DNA of 64,000 bases. Origin: Octopus vulgaris. Lineage: Eukaryota. The notes beneath the pieces are model-generated. The model was given only the letters and a program-made list of their open reading frames with translations, had not been told where the DNA came from and searched no databases. The position numbers and the translations under genes were made by a program. How positions within the stretch are numbered: the first letter of the stretch is position 1; each line of letters opens with the position of its first letter. The DNA is taken from assembly GCA_951406725.2 (NCBI GenBank), contig OX597815.1, forward strand, positions 3,224,001 through 3,288,000, given 5' to 3'. Positions 42,460 through 54,846 of this stretch are shown one piece after another.

Positions 42460-42862
42460 ACTCTTTTACTTGTTTCAGTCATTTGACTGTGACCATGCTG
42501 GAGCACCGCATTTAGCCGAGCAAATCGACCCCAGGACTTATTCTTTGTAAGCCTAGTACTTATTCTATCGGTCACTTTTGCCGAACCGCTAAGTTACGGG
42601 GACGTAAACACACCAGCATCGGTTGTCAAGCGACGTTGGAGCGACAAACACAGACACACAAACATATACACACACGCACATATATATATATACATATATA
42701 CGACGGGCGTCTTTCAGTTTCCATCTACCAAATCCACTCACAAGGCTTTGGTCGGCCCGAGGCTATAGTAGAAGACACTTGCCCAAGGTGCCACGCAGTG
42801 GGACTGAACCCGGAACCATGTGGTTGGTAAGCAAGCTACTTACCACACAGCCACTCCTACGC
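42460..42862 (-). mobile_element. SINE family B, full length
   Basis: Matches 7652-8229. Confidence 0.85.
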
Positions 42863-43369
42863 CTATTTTGGAGAATATTAATTATTAGCTTACGCGCAGG
42901 TAATTATTTTGTTTGATTATTGGTTAATTACCTTGATCGTTAAATGAACGTCATGAAATGTAAAAAGCAGATGTGTCGAAGACGCTCCATCCTGGCCCCA
43001 CTCTCTTTCTTCAAAAGAATTGCTTTGAATTTTTGTGTTTCCATCATCGAAAATAAAGATGTTATCCCCCAAAACAGCTGGAGGAAGAGAGAATGAGAAA
43101 ACTGGAATTTCAGACAAAAAACATGGTTGTCAGAGAATTGGCTGTTATTTCTAGCATGTGGAACGACTACCATAAGCCCTCTCACATTACGTTAGCTTAT
43201 TCGTAAAGCATTTACGCACGCGCAAATGTGCGAATCAGTTTAAAAACATCCGGTATGGGCTGAGGTGGGTGGTGTGTGTAGTGGGTACCCTGTGTATGGA
43301 GGGAGAATTTTTTAAAAAAATGGAATTTTGAAGGGAAAAAAAGGGGTTTTATTTTTCAGAATGCTCAAC

Positions 43370-43712
43370 GGGGCTAATGCAGTTTCGCACCTCTCCTTGA
43401 AAAATGCATTTTTTTGAAAAAGTTTTTTCGGATTCCTAGGTTTTTAGATGTCGGAGATTACGAATATGCAAAAAAAAAAGGCGCACCGGGACCACTCTTC
43501 TCAAATAGTACCATTATTATTTACGATTATTTCAGGCAAACACAAGTAAAACGCAAATGCCTGTATTTAATTTCAATTTTCATGTCAATTCGCAACGATC
43601 ACTTTAAAGTAAACAAAATCAAAAATCTCCGACATCTAAAACGTAGGAATCCGGAAAAATTTTTTGAAGAAGTTGTATTTTTCATGGAGAGGAGCGAAAC
43701 TGCATTAAACCC
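43370..43712. mobile_element. MITE-like element with ~85-bp imperfect terminal inverted repeats
   Basis: TAATGCAGTTTCGC..TTTTAGATGTCGGAGATT versus AATCTCCGACATCTAAAA..GCGAAACTGCATTA. Confidence 0.7.
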
Positions 43713-44817
43713 TGCCGATCTCCGTATTTTTTCGTGTGGCGGTAAAAACAAAAAGCAAAAAAAAATAAAATAAAATAAAATAAAACGAAAAGTAAAGACA
43801 ATCAAAATCAACCAAACTGATACCAGTGGTAGTAGTGTTGGCCACGGGGTTCAGGCTGCCGTGCAATGGGATTGAACCCCAAAACACGTGAATAGAAAAC
43901 GAACTTTTTAAACCCATAGCTTTGCCATAATAAACGATCTTGATACGATAGAAATAAAAATCAGTGTTTGGTCGCTTGAGGAGAGCTGGCAGAGTCGTTA
44001 GCGCGTCGAACGAAACGGTCAATGACATTTCGTCCGTCTTTACGATTTGAGTTCAAGTTCCACCGTGGTCGACTTTATCATTTATCCTTTCGGGATCGAT
44101 GAAATAAGTACCAGTCATGTACTAGGGGGGGATGTAACCGACTTACCCCACCCCCACACCGGAAGTGCTGACCTTGTACCAATATTCATTTTATTTATCT
44201 TTTACTTGTTTTAGTCATTAGATTGTGGCCGTGCTGGGGCACCACCGTGAAAAGCTTTAGTCGAATGAATCGGTACTTCTTCCATCGGTTTATTTTGCTG
44301 AATTACGGGGACGTAAACATGCCAACGCCGGTTATCAGGTGTTGCTGGGGGGAAAATGCATGCACAAAGACACACACCAACATGTACATATACGACGGGC
44401 TTTTTCCAGTTTCCTTCTGCGAAATTCACTCACAAGGCTCTGGTCGGCCCGTGGCAATAAATGCTAGAAGCCACAGACAGTTGGACCGAATCTGGAACCA
44501 TGTAGTTGGGAAGCAAGCTTCTTACCACATGTTCACGCCTGTGTCTATTGTTGGGAAAAGGCCTCAAACGATTGGTAGCCAGACTGTGGAGTACAGCGAG
44601 CGTTCTAGTTCAAGTTGTGACGTATGGTTACGTTTATATATCTACGTATATAAAGCTGAAGTTGTCTGTGTATGACAGGTTTGGTAGCCTTCAACTAACA
44701 CTCTCTCCTCCGAGACCCAGCGGCGCAAATTGACCAAAATTGAGAGTATGAGAGAAGAAGGCTTGCTCTTCCTTCTGAGAAAAAAAATACAAAGAAAGGA
44801 TTTTATAAATGACGATT

Positions 44818-44845
44818 CACCTCCGAAAGAACTCGAACCCGTAAT
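44818..44845 (-). pseudogene. 3' fragment (T-arm and acceptor strand) of the degenerate tRNA lineage found in the tandem array
   Basis: CACCTCCGAAAGAACTCGAACCCGTAAT with the same flank as 49605, 52498 and 55388. Confidence 0.75.
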
Positions 44846-44912
44846 TATACCTCTTAATTTAACACATTTAGATTTAATGTTAAATACAAAGACAAGGGTG
44901 ATTTATTCAGGA

Positions 44913-44985
44913 GCCTCTGTGGCCCAATGGATAAGGCACCGGCCTCCTAAGCCGGGGATTGCGGGTTCGAGTCCCGTCAGAGGTA
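44913..44985 (+). tRNA. tRNA-Arg-CCT: tRNA-Arg(CCT), U6-A67 isodecoder
   Basis: Acceptor stem GCCTCTG/CAGAGGT (compensatory change). Confidence 0.92.
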
Positions 44986-46009
44986 GAGTTTATTTATTAT
45001 GTTTTATTATTTACATCAAAAAGGTGCTTTTTTTTCTATGAAAATCCCTATTTTTTACGATTTTTTGACTGCTGAGTCGCCATTTTTCAATGTATTTCAA
45101 CCAGAAAAATGTTCACTTAAAGAGAATAACAAGCTACATAATGCAAAATTTTTACTTTTCAAAAATTGCAATTCTAAGGGGTCGAAACAAACCCGAGCAA
45201 CGCCGGGCGGTACTGCTAATCTTTGATAATTAAATTTTTAAAAGCTACGAACAAACCAACAGGAGTTGCTAGAAATAACAATCAAAACATTAAAATATAC
45301 ACGAGCAAAGTTAACAAAACATTAAAACATTCCTGAGCAAATTAAATATTTAAGAACTACGAACAAACCAACAGGAGTTGCTAGAGATAGCAGTCAAAAA
45401 TTCAAGAACGAAAGTTTGCAATACAATCTAGGATTTTATAAAATAAATTCTCTTTCTCGTATCTCCTTCTCCACATAAATTCACAAATATAAGAGTCAAC
45501 CATCCCTTATGTACTTTCAATTTGTTGAATGTGAGACCCATCTGTTATGAAAACAATTATAGAACAACTGGTGGTGACACTCATTGTGCGCATGCGCAGC
45601 ATCTTTGGTTACAATAGAAACAGACTTCTTCGTCTAACATAATCGCTTCTGATTGGCTAAAATACTCAAATTTTGGAAAGTTTAAAGGCTAATAACTTCT
45701 TAATTATGGTTTTATAGGGAAAATGAATTTCATTTTCATAATTAGTTTACAAAACAATTGGAACAAAACTGTAAACAGTGACGAAAACTGAGAAAACGAA
45801 TAAGAGCCGGGGGTGGGGGAAGAGGCTAAGCAGCCGCTACAGAGAATGGAACTCTGTATCTCTTGAATTCCGACTGAGCAGTCTACACCATTGAACTAAA
45901 CAATCTATGACAACCGATTCCGTCTCTTAGTTACAAGTCAATTATACCTCTTAATTTAACACGTTTAGATTTAATGTTAAATGCAAAGACAATGGTGATT
46001 TATCAAGGA

Positions 46010-46082
46010 GCCTCTGTGGCCCAATGGATAAGGCACCGGCCTCCTAAGCCGGGGATTGCGGGTTCGAGTCCCGTCAGAGGTA
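46010..46082 (+). tRNA. tRNA-Arg-CCT: tRNA-Arg(CCT), U6-A67 isodecoder
   Basis: Intact cloverleaf; T-run 8 nt downstream. Confidence 0.93.
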
Positions 46083-46367
46083 GAGCTTCTTTTTTATTCT
46101 TTTTCTCAATGAGGTGTTTATTTTTTGAAGTCTATTAATCAGGAGATAGGATCTCCAAGACATATTGGAGGAGTGAATGAAGAAAGTATCGTCAGATGGG
46201 AAGCCTGGCACCATTTCTGGTAAACATTATGCAAAGTGGAGCTGGTAAAGAGAGCAATAGGTTAACACTACCACCACCTTAGAAAACCACGGTGGGATTT
46301 GAACTCAGAAAATAATGAGCTGGAACAAATACTCCACCTCATTGAGAAAAAAATAAAAAAGAAACTC

Positions 46368-46440
46368 TACCTCTGACGGGACTCGAACCCGCAATCCCCG
46401 GCTTAGGAGGCCGGTGCCTTATCCATTGGGCCACAGAGGC
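46368..46440 (-). tRNA. tRNA-Arg-CCT: tRNA-Arg(CCT), U6-A67 isodecoder
   Basis: Intact cloverleaf; T-run downstream. Confidence 0.93.
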
Positions 46441-46694
46441 TCCTGTATAAATCACCTTTGTCTTTGTATTTAACATTAAATCTAAATGTGTTAAATTAAG
46501 AGGTATAATTGACACGGAATTGGTTGTCATAGATTGTTTAGTTCAATGGTGTAGACCACTCAGTCGGAATTCATGAGATACAGAGTTCCATTCTCTGTAG
46601 TGGTTGCTACAACCAGGTGCTGCTACAACCAGGTGTTCTTTCTTGCCTCGGTGAGAAAAAAAAAGACAAAGAGAGGATTTTATAAATGACGTTT

Positions 46695-46767
46695 CACCTC
46701 CGACGGGACTCGAACCCGTAATCCCCGGCTTAAGAGGCCAGTGCCTTACCCACTGGGCCACGGAGGA
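46695..46767 (-). tRNA. tRNA-Arg-derived gene with CTT (Lys) anticodon; possible pseudogene
   Basis: TCCTCCG TG GCCC AGTGGGTAA GGC A CTGGC CT CTT AA GCCGG GGATT ACGGG TTCGAGT CCCGT CGGAGGT G; A and B boxes intact, U1-U72 mismatch. Confidence 0.6.
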
Positions 46768-48990
46768 TTCTGAATAAACCGTCCTTGTCTTTATATCTAA
46801 CGTTAATATTATATATTAATTTAAGAGTTATAATTAACTTGTAACTAAGAGACGGGTTCCGTTGTCAAGGATCGTTTGACTCACTTGAGTAGAGCTCTCA
46901 GTTGGAATTTAAATGATACAGAGTTCGATTCTGTGTGGCGGCAAGTTAGCCTCTTTTTCTCGATTCTCTCATCTGTTTCTGCAGCTATTCTGCGTTCGAG
47001 ATTTCCGTCGTTTCTAAAATGTTTATAGTTATTTCGATTCACGAGTTTCTTGGCAATCTTTGGTTAAGAGTGAAACGTATCTGCCGGATTGATAACGAAA
47101 GTAAAACAACCTAGAAAAATACAAAAATAAAGTTTTGGTACCATCAATACGGAAATGCTTAAATGTCATTATCACCGATCATTCATCTTTACGTTCAGAA
47201 GTTGACTTTGTCTTTAAAGATATAAATTAACTTGCAGCTAAAAGACGGAGTCGATAAATAAAGTACCAGCTGGACACTGGGGTCGATGTAATCGACTTAG
47301 CCCTCTCCCGAAATGGTGGGCCTTGTTCCAAAATATGACACCATTTTTACAGATGTTATTTTTATCGTTACGTTCTGAGTTCAAGTTCCACCGAGGTCCA
47401 GTTTGCCTTCCATCCTTATCAGTACCAGTTGGACACTGGGGTCGATGTAATTGCTTATCCCCTTTCGCAAAGAACTGCTGGCCGTGTACCGAAATTTGAA
47501 ACTATAATTACAGATTTCTTTAGGATAGCGTGCTAGCAGAATCGTTGGCGTGTCGGACAAACTGTATCGATACATTTATTCCGGCTTTTTATACTCTGAG
47601 TTCAAATATTGCCCAGGTCGACTTTGACTTTCATTCTTTTGGAGTCGATGAAATAAGTACCAGTTACGAACTGGGGTCGATATCATCGCCCCCCCCCCCG
47701 ACACACGCAATTTCAGGCCTTGTGTCTATAGTAGCAAGGACTTATTTCAGTCATTAAACTGCAGCCATACTGGAGCACCACCTTGAAGAATTGTCTCGTG
47801 ATTTGAACCAAAAATATTGATTTCAAAATTCCGCACAGGGTCAACAATTTTACTTCAACCCCAGTATTCAACTGGTATTTATTTTATTGACCCGGGAAGA
47901 ATGAAAGGCAAAGGCTACCTGGCCGAAATTTTCATTCCTAACGCAACGACGGACGAAATGCTGCTAAGAATTTTGCCCGGCGCAATAACGATTCTGCCAG
48001 TTCGCTGCCTTATTTGAACCATGAATATTGGTTTATAATTTTGCCACAACGTTGGCAATTTCAGGAAGATGCGTAAGCCGGTCACATCCAGCCCCAATAA
48101 CTGGTACTTACTTTATCGACCCCAAAACTTTGAACCAGAAATATTGGCAGATGAAATCAAACACTAGAAGAGATCTAATTCAAAACGATGTTATGTTCCG
48201 GATTATCACGCTCACAAAAGTCTAAAGATTTATTGAGATTTATATTTAAAGATCTATTGAGATTTATAATTAAAGATTTATTGAGATTTATGATTGATAG
48301 AATCAACACGTTTCAGATGAGTGATACTTCTTGTATTCTATAATTTGTGGTTGGAGGTAGAAAAGGCTTCAGTGCTGAGCAGACATATGTAGAACAAGGA
48401 GAATGAAGGAAATTAGATATTGTTTGACATGGCATAATCGGTAGATCGTCTGAGAAAATGCTTTGTGGCATATATTTCCAAACTCGGCGTTCTGAGATCA
48501 AATTCTGCCGTGATTAGCTTCACCTTTAAGAATCAATAAATACGAACCATTCCAGAGTGGTTCGTTGGCTGAACTGTAAACTCGTCTATGATCGAATATC
48601 TTGCGGTATTTGTTCCAGCTCCTTATTTTCTGAGTTCAAATCCCACCGTGGTTTGCTAAGGTGGTGGTAGTGTTAACCTATCGCTCTCTTTACCACCTCC
48701 ACCTTGCATAATGTTTACCAGAAATGGTGCCAGGCTTCCGATCTGACGATACTTTCTTCATTCACTCCTCCGATATGTCTTGGAGACCCTCTCTCCTGAT
48801 TAATAGACTTCAAAAAATAAACAATTAACTCCAAAGGATGAAGAAATGACCACAGAAAAATTTTGCTATTTATTTGAAAAGAAAAATGGTTTAAAAAGAT
48901 GTAGGGGGCAGTTCCAACCAAGTATGCTTTCCTGACCCCACCTCATTGAGAAAAAAACAAAGCAAAGATTCTTCTTACAGAACGACTCTT

Positions 48991-49063
48991 TACCTCCGAC
49001 GGGACTCGAACCCGCAATCCCCGGCTTAGGAGGCCGGTGCCTTATCCATTGGGCCACGGAGGC
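48991..49063 (-). tRNA. tRNA-Arg-CCT: tRNA-Arg(CCT)
   Basis: Majority sequence. Confidence 0.95.
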
Positions 49064-49441
49064 TTCAGAATTAGCTGTCCTTGTCTTTATATTTAATGTT
49101 AATTTTATATATATTGATTTAAGAGTTATAATTAGCTTGTAACTAAGGGACGGGATTGGTTGTCAAGGTTCGTTCAGTTCAGTTGAGTAGAGCGCTCAGG
49201 TGGAATTCAAGAGATACAGAGTTCCATTCTCTGTAGCGGCTGCTTAGCCTCTTCCCCCACCCCCCGTCTCTTATTCGTTTTCTCGGTTATCGTCACTGTT
49301 TACAGTTTTGTTCCAACTGTTTTCAAATTTGGTTTATGGATTAAGTTTTGTAAACTAATTATGAAAAGGAAATTCATTTTCTCTATAAAACCATAATTAA
49401 GAAGTTATTAGCCTTTAAAATTTCTAAAATTTGAGTATTTT

Positions 49442-49520
49442 AGCCAATCAGAAGTATTTTAGACACCACCGTGGCGAAGAAGTCTGTTTTTATAGTAACC
49501 AAAGATGCTGCGCATGCGCA
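49442..49520. promoter_or_regulatory. CCAAT box plus NRF1-type palindrome (also at 45587-45658 inverted, ~52333-52412, ~55225-55303)
   Basis: AGCCAATCAG at 49442-49451 and TGCGCATGCGCA at 49509-49520; motif match only. Confidence 0.35.
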
Positions 49521-49604
49521 CTCCTTGTTGACAGTTAGAACCAAGTGTTCTTTCTTGCCTCGGTGAGAAAAAAATACAAAGAAAGGATTTTATAAATGAC
49601 GATT

Positions 49605-49657
49605 CACCTCCGAAAGAACTAGAACCCGTAATCCCCGGTTTAAGAGGCCACGGAGGA
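49605..49657 (-). pseudogene. D-arm-deleted tRNA pseudogene (CTT lineage)
   Basis: 53 nt; 20-bp deletion between two GGCCA; B-box broken (GTTCTAG). Confidence 0.85.
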
Positions 49658-51883
49658 TTCTGAATAAACCGTCCTTGTCTTTATATCTAACGTTAATGTT
49701 ATATATTAATTTATGAGTTATAATTAACTTGTAACTAAGAGACGGGTTCCGTTGTCAAGGATCGTTTGACTCACTTGAGTAGAGCTCTCAGTTGGAATTT
49801 AAATGATACAGAGTTCGATTCTGTGTGGCGGCAAGTTAGCCTCTTTTTCTCGATTCTCTCATCTGTTTCTGCAGCTATTCTGCGTTCGAGATTTCCGTCG
49901 TTTCTAAAATGTTTATAGTTATTTCGATTCACGAGTTTCTTGGCAATCTTTGGTTTAGAGTGAAACGTATCTGCCGGATTGATAACGAAAGTAAAACAAC
50001 CTAGAAAAATAGAAAAATAAAGTTTTGGTACCATCAATACGAAAATGCTTAAATGTCATTATCACCGATCATTCATCTTTACGTTCAGAAGTTGACTTTG
50101 TCTTTAAAGATATAAATTAACTTGCAGCTAAAAGACGGAGTCGATAAATAAAGTACCAGTTGAACACTAAGGTCGATGTAATCGACTTAGCCCTCTCCCG
50201 AAATGGTGGGCCTTGTTCCAAAATATGACACCATTTTTACAGATGTTATTTTTATCGTTACGTTCTGAGTTCAAGTTCCACCGAGGTCCAGTTTGCCTTC
50301 CATCCTTATCAGTACCAGTTGGACACTGGGGTCGATGTAATTGCTTATCCCCTTTCGCAAAGAACTGCTGGCCGTGTACCGAAATTTGAAACTATAATTA
50401 CAGATTTCTTTAGGATAGCGTGCTAGCAGAATCGTTGGCGTGTCGGACAAAATGTATCGATACATTTATTCCGGCTTTTTATACTCTGAGTTCAAATATT
50501 GCCCAGGTCGACTTTGACTTTCATTCTTTTGGAGTCGATGAAATAAGTACCAGTTACGAACTGGGGTCGATATCATCGCCCCCCCCCCGACACACGCAAT
50601 TTCAGGCCTTGTGTCTATAGTAGCAAGGACTTATTTCAGTCATTAAACTGCAGCCATACTGGAGCACCACCTTGAAGAATTGTCTCGTGATTTGAACCAA
50701 AAATATTGATTTCAAAATTCCGCACAGGGTCAACAATTTTACTTCAACCCCAGTATTCAACTGGTATTTATTTTATTGACCCGGGAAGAATGAAAGGCAA
50801 AGGCTACCTGGCCGAAATTTCCATTCCTAACGCAACGACGGACGAAATGCTGCTAAGAATTTTGCCCGGCGCAATAACGATTCTGCCAGTTCGCTGCCTT
50901 ATTTGAACCATGAATATTGGTTTATAATTTTGCCACAACGTTGGCAATTTCAGGAAGATGCGTAAGCCGGTCACATCCAGCCCCAATAACTGGTACTTAC
51001 TTTATCGACCCCAAAACTTTGAACCAGAAATATTGGCAGATGAAATCAAACACTAGAAGAGATCTAATTCAAAACGATGTTATGTTCCGGATTATCACGC
51101 TCACAAAAGTCTAAAGATTTATTGAGATTTATATTTAAAGATCTATTGAGATTTATAATTAAAGATTTATTGAGATTTATGATTGATAGAATCAACACGT
51201 TTCAGATGAGTGATACTTCTTGTATTCTATAATTTGTGGTTGGAGGTAGAAAAGGCTTCAGTGCTGAGCAGACATATGTAGAACAAGGAGAAGGAAGGAA
51301 ATTAGATATTGTTTGACATGGCATAATCGGTAGATCGTCTGAGAAAATGCTTTGTGGCATATATTTCCAAACTCGGCGTTCTGAGATCAAATTCTGCCGT
51401 GATTAGCTTCACCTTTAAGAATCAATAAATACGAACCATTCCAGAGTGGTTCGTTGGCTGAACTGTAAACTCGTCTATGATCGAATATCTTGCGGTATTT
51501 GTTCCAGCTCCTTATTTTCTGAGTTCAAATCCCACCGTGGTTTGCTAAGGTGGTGGTAGTGTCAACCTATCGCTCTCTTTACCACCTCCACCTTGCATAA
51601 TGTTTACCAGAAATGGTGCCAGGCTTCCGATCTGACGATACTTTCTTCATTCACTCCTCCGATATGTCTTGGAGAGACTCTCTCCTGATTAATAGACTTC
51701 AAAAAAAATAAACAATTAACTCCAAAGGATGAAGAAATGACCACAGAAAAATTTTGCTATTTATTTGAAAAGAAAAATGGTTTAAAAAGATGTAGGGGGC
51801 AGTTCCAACCAAGTATGCTTTCCTGACCCCACCTCATTGAGAAAAAAAAACAAAGCAAAGATTCTTCTTACAGAACGACTCTT

Positions 51884-51956
51884 TACCTCCGACGGGACTC
51901 GAACCCGCAATCCCCGGCTTAGGAGGCCGGTGCCTTATCCACTGGGCCACGGAGGC
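51884..51956 (-). tRNA. tRNA-Arg-CCT: tRNA-Arg(CCT), A15G variant
   Basis: One D-loop substitution. Confidence 0.88.
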
Positions 51957-52497
51957 TTCAGAATTAGCTGTCCTTGTCTTTATATTTAATGTTAATTTTA
52001 TATATATTGATTTAAGAGTTATAATTAGCTTGTAACTAAGGGACGGGATTGGTTGTCAAGGTTCGTTCAGTTCAGTTGAGTAGAGCGCTCAGGTGGAATT
52101 CAAGAGATACAGAGTTCCATTCTCTGTAGCGGCTGCTTAGCCTCTTCCCCCACCCCCGTCTCTTATTCGTTTTCTCGGTTATCGTCACTGTTTACAGTTT
52201 TGTTCCAACTGTTTTCAAATTTGGTTTATGGATTAAGTTTTGTAAACTAATTATGAAAAGGAAATTCATTTTCTCTATAAAACCATAATTAAGAAGTTAT
52301 TAGCCTTTAAAATTTCTAAAATTTGAGTATTTTAGCCAATCAGAAGTATTTTAGACACCACCGTGGCGAAGAAGTCTGTTTTTATAGTAACCAAAGATGC
52401 TGCGCATGCGCACTCCTTGTTGACAGTTAGAACCAAGTGTTCTTTCTTGCCTCGGTGAGAAAAAAAATACAAAGAAAGGATTTTATAAATGACGATT

Positions 52498-52550
52498 CAC
52501 CTCCGAAAGAACTAGAACCCGTAATCCCCGGTTTAAGAGGCCACGGAGGA
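52498..52550 (-). pseudogene. D-arm-deleted tRNA pseudogene (CTT lineage)
   Basis: Identical to 49605-49657. Confidence 0.85.
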
Positions 52551-54773
52551 TTCTGAATAAACCGTCCTTGTCTTTATATCTAACGTTAATGTTATATATT
52601 AATTTATGAGTTATAATTAACTTGTAACTAAGAGACGGGTTCCGTTGTCAAGGATCGTTTGACTCACTTGAGTAGAGCTCTCAGTTGGAATTTAAATGAT
52701 ACAGAGTTCGATTCTGTGTGGCGGCAAGTTAGCCTCTTTTTCTCGATTCTCTCATCTGTTTCTGCAGCTATTCTGCGTTCGAGATTTCCGTCGTTTCTAA
52801 AATGTTTATAGTTATTTCGATTCACGAGTTTCTTGACAATCTTTGGTTTAGAGTGAAACGTATCTGCCGGATTGATAACGAAAGTAAAACAACCTAGAAA
52901 AATAGAAAAATAAAGTTTTGGTACCATCAATACGAAAATGCTTAAATGTCATTATCACCGATCATTCATCTTTACGTTCAGAAGTTGACTTTGTCTTTAA
53001 AGATATAAATTAACTTGCAGCTAAAAGACGGAGTCGATAAATAAAGTACCAGTTGAACACTAAGGTCGATGTAATCGACTTAGCCCTCTCCCGAAATGGT
53101 GGGCCTTGTTCCAAAATATGACACCATTTTTACAGATGTTATTTTTATCGTTACGTTCTGAGTTCAAGTTCCACCGAGGTCCAGTTTGCCTTCCATCCTT
53201 ATCAGTACCAGTTGGACACTGGGGTCGATGTAATTGCTTATCCCCTTTCGCAAAGAACTGCTGGCCGTGTACCGAAATTTGAAACTATAATTACAGATTT
53301 CTTTAGGATAGCGTGCTAGCAGAATCGTTGGCGTGTCGGACAAAATGTATCGATACATTTATTCCGGCTTTTTATACTCTGAGTTCAAATATTGCCCAGG
53401 TCGACTTTGACTTTCATTCTTTTGGAGTCGATGAAATAAGTACCAGTTACGAACTGGGGTCGATATCATCGCCCCCCCCCCGACACACGCAATTTCAGGC
53501 CTTGTGTCTATAGTAGCAAGGACTTATTTCAGTCATTAAACTGCAGCCATACTGGAGCACCACCTTGAAGAATTGTCTCGTGATTTGAACCAAAAATATT
53601 GATTTCAAAATTCCGCACAGGGTCAACAATTTTACTTCAACCCCAGTATTCAACTGGTATTTATTTTATTGACCCGGGAAGAATGAAAGGCAAAGGCTAC
53701 CTGGCCGAAATTTCCATTCCTAACGCAACGACGGACGAAATGCTGCTAAGAATTTTGCCCGGCGCAATAACGATTCTGCCAGTTCGCTGCCTTATTTGAA
53801 CCATGAATATTGGTTTATAATTTTGCCACAACGTTGGCAATTTCAGGAAGATGCGTAAGCCGGTCACATCCAGCCCCAATAACTGGTACTTACTTTATCG
53901 ACCCCAAAACTTTGAACCAGAAATATTGGCAGATGAAATCAAACACTAGAAGAGATCTAATTCAAAACGATGTTATGTTCCGGATTATCACGCTCACAAA
54001 AGTCTAAAGATTTATTGAGATTTATATTTAAAGATCTATTGAGATTTATAATTAAAGATTTATTGAGATTTATGATTGATAGAATCAACACGTTTCAGAT
54101 GAGTGATACTTCTTGTATTCTATAATTTGTGGTTGGAGGTAGAAAAGGCTTCAGTGCTGAGCAGACATATGTAGAACAAGGAGAAGGAAGGAAATTAGAT
54201 ATTGTTTGACATGGCATAATCGGTAGATCGTCTGAGAAAATGCTTTGTGGCATATATTTCCAAACTCGGCGTTCTGAGATCAAATTCTGCCGTGATTAGC
54301 TTCACCTTTAAGAATCAATAAATACGAACCATTCCAGAGTGGTTCGTTGGCTGAACTGTAAACTCGTCTATGATCGAATATCTTGCGGTATTTGTTCCAG
54401 CTCCTTATTTTCTGAGTTCAAATCCCACCGTGGTTTGCTAAGGTGGTGGTAGTGTTAACCTATCGCTCTCTTTACCACCTCCACCTTGCATAATGTTTAC
54501 CAGAAATGGTGCCAGGCTTCCGATCTGACGATACTTTCTTCATTCACTCCTCCGATATGTCTTGGAGACCCTCTCTCCTGATTAATAGACTTCAAAAAAT
54601 AAACAATTAACTCCAAAGGATGAAGAAATGACCACAGAAAAATTTTGCTATTTATTTGAAAAGAAAAATGGTTTAAAAAGATGTAGGGGGCAGTTCCAAC
54701 CAAGTATGCTTTCCTGACCCCACCTCATTGAGAAAAAAAACAAAGCAAAGATTCTTCTTACAGAACGACTCTT

Positions 54774-54846
54774 TACCTCCGACGGGACTCGAACCCGCAA
54801 TCCCCGGCTTAGGAGGCCGGTGCCTTATCCATTGGGCCACGGAGGC
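54774..54846 (-). tRNA. tRNA-Arg-CCT: tRNA-Arg(CCT)
   Basis: Majority sequence. Confidence 0.95.

Larger units (their letters stand above)
44641..45219 (+). mobile_element. Non-autonomous Helitron containing a tRNA cassette
   Basis: A|TCTACGTATATAAAG ... CCCGAGCAACGCCGGG hairpin ... CTAA|T; same 3' end as 13226-13619. Confidence 0.7.
45837..46600. repeat. Inverted duplication (arms ~45837-46116 / 46335-46600) carrying two convergent tRNA genes
   Basis: Reverse-complement match of the tRNA and both flanks; ~218-bp spacer. Confidence 0.9.

Noticed and set aside
47381-54703. Repeated 60-90-aa ORFs in the tandem array
   Set aside because: They recur only because the DNA is duplicated; they overlap decayed SINEs, often use non-ATG starts and show no recognisable domain
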